Below are positions 8,804-17,378 of a DNA stretch of 64,000 bases, piece after piece. The first letter of the stretch is position 1. Each line of letters begins with the position of its first letter. The notes beneath the pieces were generated by a model. That model was not told where the DNA came from. It searched no databases and saw only the letters and a program-made list of their open reading frames with translations. The translations under genes and the position numbers were made by a program. Source of the stretch: Nitrospirae bacterium MYbin3 (lineage in GTDB: Bacteria > Nitrospirota > Thermodesulfovibrionia > Thermodesulfovibrionales > Dissulfurispiraceae). Where the stretch lies: assembly GCA_002753335.1 (NCBI GenBank), contig PEAD01000002.1, positions 124,001 through 188,000 on the forward strand, read 5' to 3'.

Positions 8804-8988
8804 CTACGTAACACCTCCTTTCTGGTTTTATTAGTTTATTAAAAAGCATACACCCATCTATGTTTTTTTTCAAGCACAAAAATGGCTCTGAGACAAAAAC
8901 TATTAAACACCGATACTTAGCTTCAAAATCAAAAATCAGGAATCAATTGACAAAAACATTTAGTGTATAGTTAAATATTAATTCTCTT

Positions 8989-9064
8989 GGGCGGATAGCT
9001 CAGCTGGGAGAGCGCTGCCCTTACAAGGCAGATGTCGCAGGTTCGATCCCTGTTCCGCCTACCA
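8989..9064 (+). tRNA. tRNA-Val(TAC)
   Basis: Full cloverleaf; anticodon arm CTGCC-CTTACAA-GGCAG; TTCGA; CCA end. Confidence 0.97.
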
Positions 9065-9089
9065 TTTTTTCTCTGTGCGGTGCCCCATT

Positions 9090-9166
9090 GGGGCGGTAGT
9101 TCAGCTGGTTAGAACGCCTGCCTGTCACGCAGGAGGTCGCGGGTTCGAGTCCCGTCCGCCCCGCCA
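9090..9166 (+). tRNA. tRNA-Asp(GTC)
   Basis: Cloverleaf; anticodon arm CCTGC-CTGTCAC-GCAGG; CCA end. Confidence 0.97.
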
Positions 9167-9197
9167 TAACCCCCAAGAGTTACAACGAAGATTTACC

Positions 9198-9226
9198 TTC
9201 CACCGATGGTTAAAAGATGTTATAAT
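9198..9226 (+). promoter_or_regulatory. Putative promoter for tRNA-Ser
   Basis: TTCCAC-N17-TATAAT with extended TGn. Confidence 0.45.
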
Positions 9227-9251
9227 TTTTGTTCTGAATAGCTGGTTCTTT

Positions 9252-9341
<90 letters not shown>

Positions 9342-9351
9342 GTGCAAGCAA

Positions 9352-10128
9352 CTAGAATTCCACTCCCACTTCAGCAAACGGTCCGCTGAATTTAAATCCG
9401 GCCTTTATGTCTTCCGCATCAATGCTGATATCTTCGTAGCGGTACCCTGCTGCGATAAAGCCTTTTAGTATGCCGGCATTTATAACTCTGCCTTTAATTC
9501 TTCCAACCACATCGTAATAGTGGGCATTGCCAAAGGATATGCCTCTTAAATCTGCCTCAATAGAAACCTTTTCGTGAATTTTTATCTGTGCTCCAAGATA
9601 ACCCATAGGCACAGGAAGGGTAAGGCTTTTTGATATGCTCTGGTTTGTAGCAGGCTGGTCAATTTTTATTTTAAAGTCTATTACTCTAAGATTTAATCCT
9701 GCATCAACATTAAGAGTGTCTTTCGTGGCGGTTTTCACAAATGGAACACCATAATAAAAAGCAAAGTCATAGTGATCGAGCGTAAGTTCTGTTGAATATG
9801 AATTATTAGCCGTAAAATTCTGGTTGTCAAACTGGAAATTTGCGGCCTTGATACCGGTTCCTTTGAATTTCATGGGAGTGGCCATAATGTAAATATTGGG
9901 CAAAAAAAGCGGCAGCTCAGCCTTGACACGAGCATACATCTGGCTTTTGCTGTCATATTTCAGATCACTTGCAAGGCCGAGAGAGTCGCCTTTATACTGA
10001 AGATTGCCGTCAGGGCGCTGGTACCATACACCCAAGGCCACCTCTCCGCCAAGAGCCAGAACTATTTGTGGTATAAAAAAGACAGAAAAGAAAATGAATA
10101 TACCCATCAATTTCGAAAATTTCAACAT
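9352..10128 (-). CDS. Outer membrane beta-barrel protein (TIGR04219-like)
   Basis: Signal peptide; ELPLFLPNI and PVPMGY motifs; C-terminal GPFAEVGVEF. Confidence 0.8.
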   Translation of the reverse strand: MLKFSKLMGIFIFFSVFFIPQIVLALGGEVALGVWYQRPDGNLQYKGDSLGLASDLKYDSKSQMYARVKAELPLFLPNIYIMATPMKFKGTGIKAANFQFDNQNFTANNSYSTELTLDHYDFAFYYGVPFVKTATKDTLNVDAGLNLRVIDFKIKIDQPATNQSISKSLTLPVPMGYLGAQIKIHEKVSIEADLRGISFGNAHYYDVVGRIKGRVINAGILKGFIAAGYRYEDISIDAEDIKAGFKFSGPFAEVGVEF

Positions 10129-10164
10129 TATTTATTCCTCCTTTTAGGCAATATTAGACAACTG

Positions 10165-11103
10165 CTATTTTGCTGATGAAACTTTGTCGCCTTCTTTTAT
10201 TGAATCGCATTTTCCGCTTATGCAGACTGCATCTGCCGAAACTTTGTCGCAGCCGATAATCTTCAAATCTGCTATAGGTTCAACTATGCGTCTTATCACT
10301 TGGCCTGTGGTGGGGCTCGTTATTTCTTTTGTAACCTTGATTACGTACATTGTCATGTCTTTTTGGATACCGATGTTTTGTCCGGCGTCTAAAATGAATG
10401 TCTTGTTGCTGCGATCCACATGAGCAATGACGGTATTTAAAAAAGAATCCTTAATTTTAGCTGATTGGTCTTTTAGCTGTTTCACAATGTCAGTAACAGT
10501 TTTTCTTGTTGCATTTCCCAATAAGGCGTCAACTTGGCCTGTATCATCAACAGCCGCATAATCGCCCATTTTAAAGCCGGAGGCAGAATCATCTCCCTTT
10601 CCTTCAACAGCAGTTATTATTTCTGCAGAAGTAGTATCAATCATTCTCGCATTTGCAGCCACCTTTGCAACGCTTGTTTTGGTGCCTATGCCCAATATTC
10701 CGGTACTCGAAAAGCTCAGTCCATACTGTGTAACGCTTCCGACAACAACTGCGCTTACACCCAATATCTTGCCTATTTTAGCCGCCTCAGCAGTATCAAC
10801 AAGCCCACTCATAGAAAACTTTTGTTCATTTAATACTTTTTCGATCTGCCCTCTCTCTATTACTTTAAAAGTCCCGTCTTTAACGAGCTCGGTAATAAGC
10901 ATATCAGTAACAGCACGTCCTATATTGCTTTTGTTTATTTTGACGTTCTGAAGTCTGCCGTCGTCGTCCTTTTTCTGAACCTGTGTGGTTGTGGCTGCAT
11001 CCTCAAAGTCCAATACCGCTATTTTTTTCTCGCCTGCGTGAGATATTCCTGCGATTAAAACAAGAGATAATGCTAAAGCAACCACATTTTTGATAGAAAA
11101 CAT
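10165..11103 (-). CDS. CsgG/HfaB family protein with C-terminal FlgT-like domain
   Basis: IAVLDF...DMLITELVK...FKVIER..IEKVLNEQ...AAKIGKILG..VVGSVT. Confidence 0.85.
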   Translation of the reverse strand: MFSIKNVVALALSLVLIAGISHAGEKKIAVLDFEDAATTTQVQKKDDDGRLQNVKINKSNIGRAVTDMLITELVKDGTFKVIERGQIEKVLNEQKFSMSGLVDTAEAAKIGKILGVSAVVVGSVTQYGLSFSSTGILGIGTKTSVAKVAANARMIDTTSAEIITAVEGKGDDSASGFKMGDYAAVDDTGQVDALLGNATRKTVTDIVKQLKDQSAKIKDSFLNTVIAHVDRSNKTFILDAGQNIGIQKDMTMYVIKVTKEITSPTTGQVIRRIVEPIADLKIIGCDKVSADAVCISGKCDSIKEGDKVSSAK

Positions 11104-11125
11104 TCCGATGACTCCTTAACCTAAA

Positions 11126-11151
11126 CAGGGCCAACAATAGTGTTGGCCCTG
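11126..11151 (-). terminator. Intercistronic stem-loop
   Basis: CAGGGCCAACA-atag-TGTTGGCCCTG perfect 11-bp stem; short U run on the minus strand. Confidence 0.55.
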
Positions 11152-11173
11152 CTCATGGTTTGTAAGCTTTTTT

Positions 11174-12106
11174 TTAAAACAAACTGTAAAATCCGAAGGT
11201 TAGTGACGGTTTCCGTTTTTCGGCATTCACACAGTTATAACTTGTGGATACAGGTATGTTCACTCCCAAGTTCAGCGCACGCTTATCGGTGAAAAAATAC
11301 TTCACCTCAGGAGTAACGTCCACAGTTGAAAGCCTGTCTTGCTGTTCAACTCCTTCTATCTTTGTCCCCTGGGTTACCGAGCCTGACAGTTTAAGTCCTG
11401 TCCAGATTCTCAGCTGTTTTGCAACATTAGCATCTAAAGCGGCCATCCAGGTAAACGAATCACCATAATTTACTTTTTGTCCATATACCTTAGGAGTATT
11501 TATTGGATGTATATACCCACCACTACCTATAAACCTGAATATGTCTATCCTTTTTATAATCCTCTGCGTAAGCCCAACATCATAGGAACCAGAGCCGAGT
11601 CCTGCATCCTGATCGCCCGACGGAAGCTTTCCTGTTATTAAGGTCTGGTATTCTATCTCCTTCTCATCACCGAACCTCTGTTTAAGTGTCAGGCTTATGT
11701 CGCCGATACTGGACGATTTATTCCAGTTGCCGTCTGCCTCCTGATATTTAACGAACATAAAAGGCACGTTTCCTACGATTGCGGTCCTTTCGCTAAAACT
11801 GTGGCTTATCGGAATGTTAAAGACTTTTTTGTTGCTTGACATGGTTGAGTCAATGCCAACCCCTGTTGTCCCAGCAGGAACCGGAGCCGCTGTTGGCGTC
11901 TGGATATCCGTGTTAGTCTGAATGGTTGACTTCACAGAATCATTGCTTATTTTGTCCTGAGGATTGTTCGGAACGACTATCTTTTCTGCTCCCACGGGAG
12001 CAGTTTCTGATCCTCATCAAGCTGCTGCTGCAAAATTAGCAACAGATACGACTAAAACAAAGCCAAGAAGCAATACTACAAAAAACTGGTTTTTTGATAG
12101 ACTCAT
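11174..12106 (-). CDS. Outer-membrane beta-barrel transporter-like protein, candidate selenoprotein (two in-frame TGA at codons 30-31)
   Basis: AGGAGG RBS and ATG at 12106; 29-aa signal peptide; TGA TGA at 12014-12019, in frame with ORF 11174..11995; GDISLTLK / KLPSGD..GLGSGSYD barrel motifs; terminal Phe. Confidence 0.7.
11986..12003 (-). promoter_or_regulatory. Putative bacterial SECIS hairpin
   Basis: Minus strand CTGCTCC-CGTG-GGAGCAG starts after a 10-nt spacer from the second TGA; G in the apical loop. Confidence 0.6.
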
Positions 12107-12183
12107 AGATACCTCCTAAAATAATTAGTATTGGCATATAAATTAGCACGATAAAAAAGAATTTTTCAATAATAAGCGTAAAT

Positions 12184-14835
12184 TTAACCTTCTGCAAGAT
12201 TCTTGACTCTTTTTCTAAGCTCGTCAGCAAAATGCTGGTATACATCAGTTTCTCCTGCTTTTCGCCTGATGTCCATTCGGTCAATTTCAAGCGGGCTGCC
12301 GAATGAAACCGTTATTTTGCAGGGCTGTATAAAAGCGGAGCCCTTAGGGAGAGCTTTGAATGCGCCTTCAATATAAGCAGGTATCACCGGGACACCGAGC
12401 TCTACTGCTAGCACACCAATGCCTTTTTTGAAGGGCATAAGCTTACCGTCAAAGGACCGGCCACCTTCAGGGAATATGCAGAGAGAAGACTGTTTTTTAA
12501 CTGCAAAGGCTGACAGTTGCAGTGCCCTATGCAGATAAGTTTCCTGATCTATAGGAATTACGTGGCCCAATTTGGCAAGCCATGATCTGAGTTTGCCAGC
12601 AAAAAAATTCTGCAGTCCCAGAAAATAAAGTTTTTTAAAAACATCAAAAGGCACCGATGCAGCAATAATAAAAGCATCAAGATAACTTGTGTGATTAGGT
12701 GCGATTACGAATGCTCCTTCTGCCGGAATGTTTTCGAGTCCTCTTACTTTTAAGCAAAAAACTGTTTTAAAAATAAACTTCTTGGCAAAGAACAAAAATC
12801 TTACAATTGCTGTTTCAATGATGCTCAAACGGCTTTCGATTCTTTTTAAGTCTTCGGTTGATGGCGACTTAGCAAGTATTGTCCCCCATTCAGATTTTTC
12901 AGAAAATTGTTTTTCACCGGTATCGCTTTTTTGATCTGTCAAACATTCTTTTATAAGGACTACTGCATCTTTTACTGTTTGCACCCTTGAGGTAAAAGCT
13001 TCCGGGATATTTATCAAAAATGTTTCTTCAAGAATTGACACAAATTCTACCCGCTTTAAAGAATCAAAACCGAGATCGAGTTCTATATTCGTGTCCCATT
13101 GTATCGAAGCCTCGTCATCCGCAAGCGAATTAATGCAGCGCACCACCTCGCGCCCAACAGAATCCTCAATCAGTTCTTTATCTATTCCCCTGCGTTTTTT
13201 AGCCTCAACAGACGCTTTCAACGATTCCCCAACCATGAATCTGCGCAGTTTCCCAAGCGGCGTGCGCGGAAGAGGTTCCTGACAGAGAGTAAAGCCTTTT
13301 ATACGCATATATTCCGGCAGCTTCATAGACACTGCACTGATATCCCATTTAAGCGTTTCAGAAATATTGCCGATTTTTATTTTTTTTGCATATTCCAGGT
13401 CAGGCACTATCACCGCTTGAACAGCATGAGCCACTCCTTTATTTTCGATGCCGACCACACAGATCTCTTTTATGAGGGCAATTGATGAATACATTTTCTC
13501 TATGTCTTCAGGATAGATGTTTTTGCCTGAGCTCAATACTATCACTTCTTTCTTTCGAGCCGTAATAAACAGATACTCTTCATCGTCAAGATGTCCAATG
13601 TCTCCTGTAAAAAAACGGCCTTCTTTAAGAACCGCTTCTGTTGCAGCCTGATTCTTGTAGTAGCCTGTCATTACCATAGGCCCTTTTACCGTAATCTCAC
13701 CGTCATCCGATATTTTTATGTCAGCATTTGCCAGCGGTTTCCCCGCCGAGCCCGGTTTTCTTTTTTCGGGCGGGTTAAATGTTATGACAGGCGAGGTTTC
13801 TGTAAGTCCGTATCCTTCAAGCACGGTGAACCCAAGGGCTTCGAGATCGCTCATAACCTCAGGTTCTAGGCGGGCGCCGCCGCTTGCAAAAAACCTGAGT
13901 TTGCCGAAATTTGAGTGGACCGAGCGAAAAAATATTTTTCCGAGATTTAGTCCTGAATTATTTCTCAATATGCCGCAAAAATTCATAAGCTTCAACAGGA
14001 GAATCGAAAACCCTTTGCGTTCCTTTATCCGTGCAACAATACCATTTCTTATCATATCAAGCAGTCTCGGCACACAAACAACAACCGTCACACCGGTGTT
14101 TTTTATGGCCGAAACAATTTCGGCAGATTTTATTCCCGGACTGAAGGTTATTGAGCTGCCCAGAAAAAGCGGAACTATAAATGTGCACATGAAAGGGTAG
14201 GTGTGATGAAGCGGCAAAACAGAAAGTACAGTGTCATCCTTTGTAAGTACGCCCGCAGCTATCACCGCATCGGCATCTGAAGAGAAATTTTTGTGCGTGA
14301 GAACTACGCCTTTAGGTTTGCCTGTTGTGCCGGAAGTGTAGATTATAGATGCAATACAATCAGCCGAAAGAGAATCGCAGGGAGAAGGGTTGAATCCTTC
14401 AGGCACAGGCATCAGCGATTCTTTTTCTATCGGTACAGCTTTCGTGTTCATTGCTTTTGCGGCAGCAAGCGCAACATTTTCCGTTTTCGCACTAAAAAAT
14501 ACGACCTTTGCTTCCGAATCTATTAAAAGATTTTTGACCTCTTCCGCTCCGAGTTGAGCGTCTATCGGAACAGCTATCGCGCCAAGCCTTACAGTCGCCA
14601 TGTACGAGGCGCACCATTCAGGCCTGTTTTCGGAAACTACAGCAACCCTGTCGCCCTTTTTTATACCTGACAAATAAAGTGTGCATTCGAAACACTCTAT
14701 AAGAGAATGGAGTTCCGAATAGGTCATGGTTTCCCATGAGTCTTCATAGTAATTAAACGCAATACTATTCTTGTTGTCTGCAAGTGACAATGAGAACATA
14801 GAAGGAATAGTATTGCTATTTATTGAATCAGCCAT
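12184..14835 (-). CDS. Long-chain acyl-CoA synthetase fused to acyl carrier and lysophospholipid acyltransferase domains
   Basis: YTSGTTGKPKG, EGYGLTET, TGDIG; DLGFDSL (ACP Ser); NHTSYLD and FPEGGRS (PlsC). Confidence 0.92.
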   Translation of the reverse strand: MADSINSNTIPSMFSLSLADNKNSIAFNYYEDSWETMTYSELHSLIECFECTLYLSGIKKGDRVAVVSENRPEWCASYMATVRLGAIAVPIDAQLGAEEVKNLLIDSEAKVVFFSAKTENVALAAAKAMNTKAVPIEKESLMPVPEGFNPSPCDSLSADCIASIIYTSGTTGKPKGVVLTHKNFSSDADAVIAAGVLTKDDTVLSVLPLHHTYPFMCTFIVPLFLGSSITFSPGIKSAEIVSAIKNTGVTVVVCVPRLLDMIRNGIVARIKERKGFSILLLKLMNFCGILRNNSGLNLGKIFFRSVHSNFGKLRFFASGGARLEPEVMSDLEALGFTVLEGYGLTETSPVITFNPPEKRKPGSAGKPLANADIKISDDGEITVKGPMVMTGYYKNQAATEAVLKEGRFFTGDIGHLDDEEYLFITARKKEVIVLSSGKNIYPEDIEKMYSSIALIKEICVVGIENKGVAHAVQAVIVPDLEYAKKIKIGNISETLKWDISAVSMKLPEYMRIKGFTLCQEPLPRTPLGKLRRFMVGESLKASVEAKKRRGIDKELIEDSVGREVVRCINSLADDEASIQWDTNIELDLGFDSLKRVEFVSILEETFLINIPEAFTSRVQTVKDAVVLIKECLTDQKSDTGEKQFSEKSEWGTILAKSPSTEDLKRIESRLSIIETAIVRFLFFAKKFIFKTVFCLKVRGLENIPAEGAFVIAPNHTSYLDAFIIAASVPFDVFKKLYFLGLQNFFAGKLRSWLAKLGHVIPIDQETYLHRALQLSAFAVKKQSSLCIFPEGGRSFDGKLMPFKKGIGVLAVELGVPVIPAYIEGAFKALPKGSAFIQPCKITVSFGSPLEIDRMDIRRKAGETDVYQHFADELRKRVKNLAEG

Positions 14836-14916
14836 ATGCTAAAAATATAATAACACCATACCCTGTTTTTTAGATTCTTTGCTGCGAGTTGGAGTTTGTT
14901 TTCAACTGAACGCGTA

Positions 14917-14946
14917 TTGCCATGAAAATTAGGCGTCTGTTATACT
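14917..14946 (+). promoter_or_regulatory. Promoter of tRNA-Met
   Basis: TTGCCA-N18-TATACT with TGn extension. Confidence 0.55.
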
Positions 14947-14963
14947 TATATTTCCCTTTGTAA

Positions 14964-15040
14964 GGCGGTGTAGCTCAGACGGTTAGAGCATGCGGCTCAT
15001 ATCCGCAGTGTCCGGGGTTCGATTCCCTGCACCGCCACCA
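14964..15040 (+). tRNA. tRNA-Met(CAT), elongator type (Ile2 not fully excluded)
   Basis: Cloverleaf, G1-C72 pair, anticodon loop CTCATAT, CCA end. Confidence 0.93.
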
Positions 15041-15046
15041 AGTTTT

Positions 15047-15119
15047 TGTTACCGGGACTAATTGTTGGCCCGTTTGGCCAACTTTAGGTTCCTTTTACTT
15101 TTGGCCAAGCTTTGGTTCC
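15047..15119. repeat. Tn7-like end with three putative TnsB-binding sites
   Basis: GGGACTAATTGTTGGCCCG (15054-15072) and inverted copies TTGGCCAACTTTAGGTTCC (15074-15092) and TTGGCCAAGCTTTGGTTCC (15101-15119). Confidence 0.75.
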
Positions 15120-15171
15120 TTTTAAAATATTACCATCTATAATAGACTCTATGACATTACAGAACTAGCTC

Positions 15172-16056
15172 TTAATCACCAAGTCGATATGGTATAGTGT
15201 ACTGCCTTATTGCATCCATTACATGATGTAGTAACCCGCCCATGGATCTTGAATAATATTCCGCTCCTATCTTTTCAATCTCGTAAAGAATATATTCCTT
15301 TTCATTTAAACGTCCTCTATGTTCAGGGTGAGACCAAACAAGGTTAACCAACTTTTTAAGATACTCTATGTTTTCATTTGATTCCATTGTTTCAAAAAGA
15401 GGAAGCAAAAGATTGCAGTCTATGTCCTGCCAGTCAAGAATTTGATTAAACAGCTTCAAGGGAATATCTACTGATTTTATGAAGAAGTGAGCACTTGATT
15501 TCATATACGAATTAATATTTTGATGATATTTTATATCCATCAATTTTTTTTCTACTTCATTCTCATTAAAAAATGCAAAATTGCGCTTTCTCCGCGCCAC
15601 AAAAATATTATTCTCTGTATCTTTTATGGCAAATGCGCATGCCGTGTAGCCATTGCGCTTTTGTCTCCATATACGTCTTGCGTACTCTATCGGTTCATCG
15701 GAAATCCTAAAAAAAATAAAATTAACTTTAAGATTGTGGTTAGCAATAATATTTATGATTTCATAATCAATATCTCGTTTGATATTTTCGGGTAAAATAA
15801 TTTTTATAGGACAAGTCATGTCTGCCTGCCTAAAAGGATTATACGATGTATTGTCTAAATACCCTGGATCCAAATTTAAAAATGGTGCCATCTTTTTCAA
15901 ATAACCCATTGACAGCGAATTTTTCCCACTTTCATATTGCGCTATTGCAGCCTGACTTACTCCTATTGAATCGGCAATATGTGCTTGAGATATACCTTGC
16001 ACCCGCCGTGAAATTAGAAGTAACTTTGAAAATGCAATCATCGGAGGAAAAAACAT
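15172..16056 (-). CDS. XRE-family HTH transcriptional regulator with unknown C-terminal domain
   Basis: GISQAHIADSIGVSQAAIAQYESG. Confidence 0.8.
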   Translation of the reverse strand: MFFPPMIAFSKLLLISRRVQGISQAHIADSIGVSQAAIAQYESGKNSLSMGYLKKMAPFLNLDPGYLDNTSYNPFRQADMTCPIKIILPENIKRDIDYEIINIIANHNLKVNFIFFRISDEPIEYARRIWRQKRNGYTACAFAIKDTENNIFVARRKRNFAFFNENEVEKKLMDIKYHQNINSYMKSSAHFFIKSVDIPLKLFNQILDWQDIDCNLLLPLFETMESNENIEYLKKLVNLVWSHPEHRGRLNEKEYILYEIEKIGAEYYSRSMGGLLHHVMDAIRQYTIPYRLGD

Positions 16057-16091
16057 ATGTTACATTATATATTTGATTTTAAAATATTCTA

Positions 16092-16203
16092 CAAATAGTA
16101 TCTATTTGATATTGCAACAATTTTTCTTCAATTTTATTCGTCATAAAAACACATAACTTATTTTATAACATATCTATCAATATTTATAACATTTTGTTAT
16201 AAA
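16092..16203. promoter_or_regulatory. Palindromic operator candidates in the divergent xre/tniQ intergenic region
   Basis: CAAATAG-tat-CTATTTG (16092-16108); TTTATAACA-ttt-TGTTATAAA (16183-16203); extra half-site at 16162. Confidence 0.45.
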
Positions 16204-16220
16204 TATTCAAGGAAACTTCT

Positions 16221-17378
16221 ATGAGAAAAAGCACTAAAGCTATTAAGCAAAGAAACTTAGTTATTGTTGATAACCCATACCAACCACTTGATCTAGAAAT
16301 TCCAGAAATCCCTGAACGCAGAATACTTATAGCTGACCCTATTGGAATCGGTACGTCACTTATAGAGGGTCTCAACAGCTTGATTTCTCGAACAGCGCAA
16401 AAATATAGCATTCCGCTTAATATCCTAATGTACGAATTTTTCCCACAGTTAAAGGAAAAGCTTGTTTTCTACTCTGAAAAAAAGAAAGCACCTTTTATAA
16501 AGCCAGAGTTGTTCAAAGAGATTGAGAGCGCAATTTCCTCAACAATGCCACTTATGAGGAGTTTGAACAACAATATTAATCTTCAAATGCTAACTACGGC
16601 GACATTAGGATTTCACAAAATTAGATTTCAGCATTTAAATGAGCCCATTATCCGCAGATCTCGCGCATGGTGCCCAAATTGCTATCAAGACTGGCATGAT
16701 CGAAAATATCCGGTTTACGACCCCCTTATATGGAGCATATCATGCATTAAGGTCTGCCCTACACATAAAGCTCATTTGCTTTTATCCTGCCCCTACTGTC
16801 TTGCAGAGCCACCAATGATTGCCGACAAATACCGCCCAGGCTATTGCTCCAAGTGCCGAAAATGGCTTGGTAAGAAACAAGATAGAAATAATTACGATAG
16901 TGTTGATTTAAGATGGCACAAATGGCTTTTTAAAAACATAGGTGCGATGATTTCAGAGCAACACAGCAAACATGAGGTCAAATTTGCAAGCAGAAAATAC
17001 CGAATAATGAAAGCGTGTTTTGATGAACTTGGACTACCCCAGCATAATGTTCAATCTGCAACAATTGAAAATTACTTTCCCTCGTTTGAATCATTTCTGA
17101 AATTTATTTATTTGTCAGGCCTTCAATTTTCCAAAATGATGTGCTGCGATGAAGAACTACTCCCAATTAACATTTCTGAGTATGCCAAGGCATCAGAAGA
17201 GCTCAAAAAAAGACATGAAAAATATAGCAATATTTTTTCTCGACCATATAATTTAGCCGATTCGATTGATCATGAGAAAACAAATTATTGTTTCGATGTA
17301 AATATTTTTGATCTCATTCTTGGGTGCAAGAAATTTTACCCCACTCGATTAGGCACTAATAATGATATTAGGACATAG
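16221..17378 (+). CDS. tniQ: TniQ family protein
   Basis: GIGTSLIEGLNSLISR; RAWCPNCY...YDPLIW...CPTH..L...CPYC...CSKC zinc motifs. Confidence 0.88.
   Translation: MRKSTKAIKQRNLVIVDNPYQPLDLEIPEIPERRILIADPIGIGTSLIEGLNSLISRTAQKYSIPLNILMYEFFPQLKEKLVFYSEKKKAPFIKPELFKEIESAISSTMPLMRSLNNNINLQMLTTATLGFHKIRFQHLNEPIIRRSRAWCPNCYQDWHDRKYPVYDPLIWSISCIKVCPTHKAHLLLSCPYCLAEPPMIADKYRPGYCSKCRKWLGKKQDRNNYDSVDLRWHKWLFKNIGAMISEQHSKHEVKFASRKYRIMKACFDELGLPQHNVQSATIENYFPSFESFLKFIYLSGLQFSKMMCCDEELLPINISEYAKASEELKKRHEKYSNIFSRPYNLADSIDHEKTNYCFDVNIFDLILGCKKFYPTRLGTNNDIRT

Noticed and set aside
8947..8976. TTGACA upstream of tRNA-Val as a defined promoter
   Set aside because: The -35 is perfect, but no convincing -10 lies at 16-18 bp spacing, so exact elements were not called
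11141..11149. TGTTGGCCC matching the core of the putative TnsB site
   Set aside because: A single 9-bp match that is one arm of an intercistronic hairpin, with no TGT/ACA terminus context
12014..12019. Genome-wide TGA recoding (Trp/Gly) as the explanation for the tandem TGA
   Set aside because: TGA acts as a normal stop elsewhere (e.g. MNT gene at 6067, pseI at 54319, several ATGA overlaps)
12036..12290. 84-aa minus-strand ORF
   Set aside because: It overlaps the acyl-CoA synthetase 3' end and the RBS-supported signal-peptide frame starting at 12106
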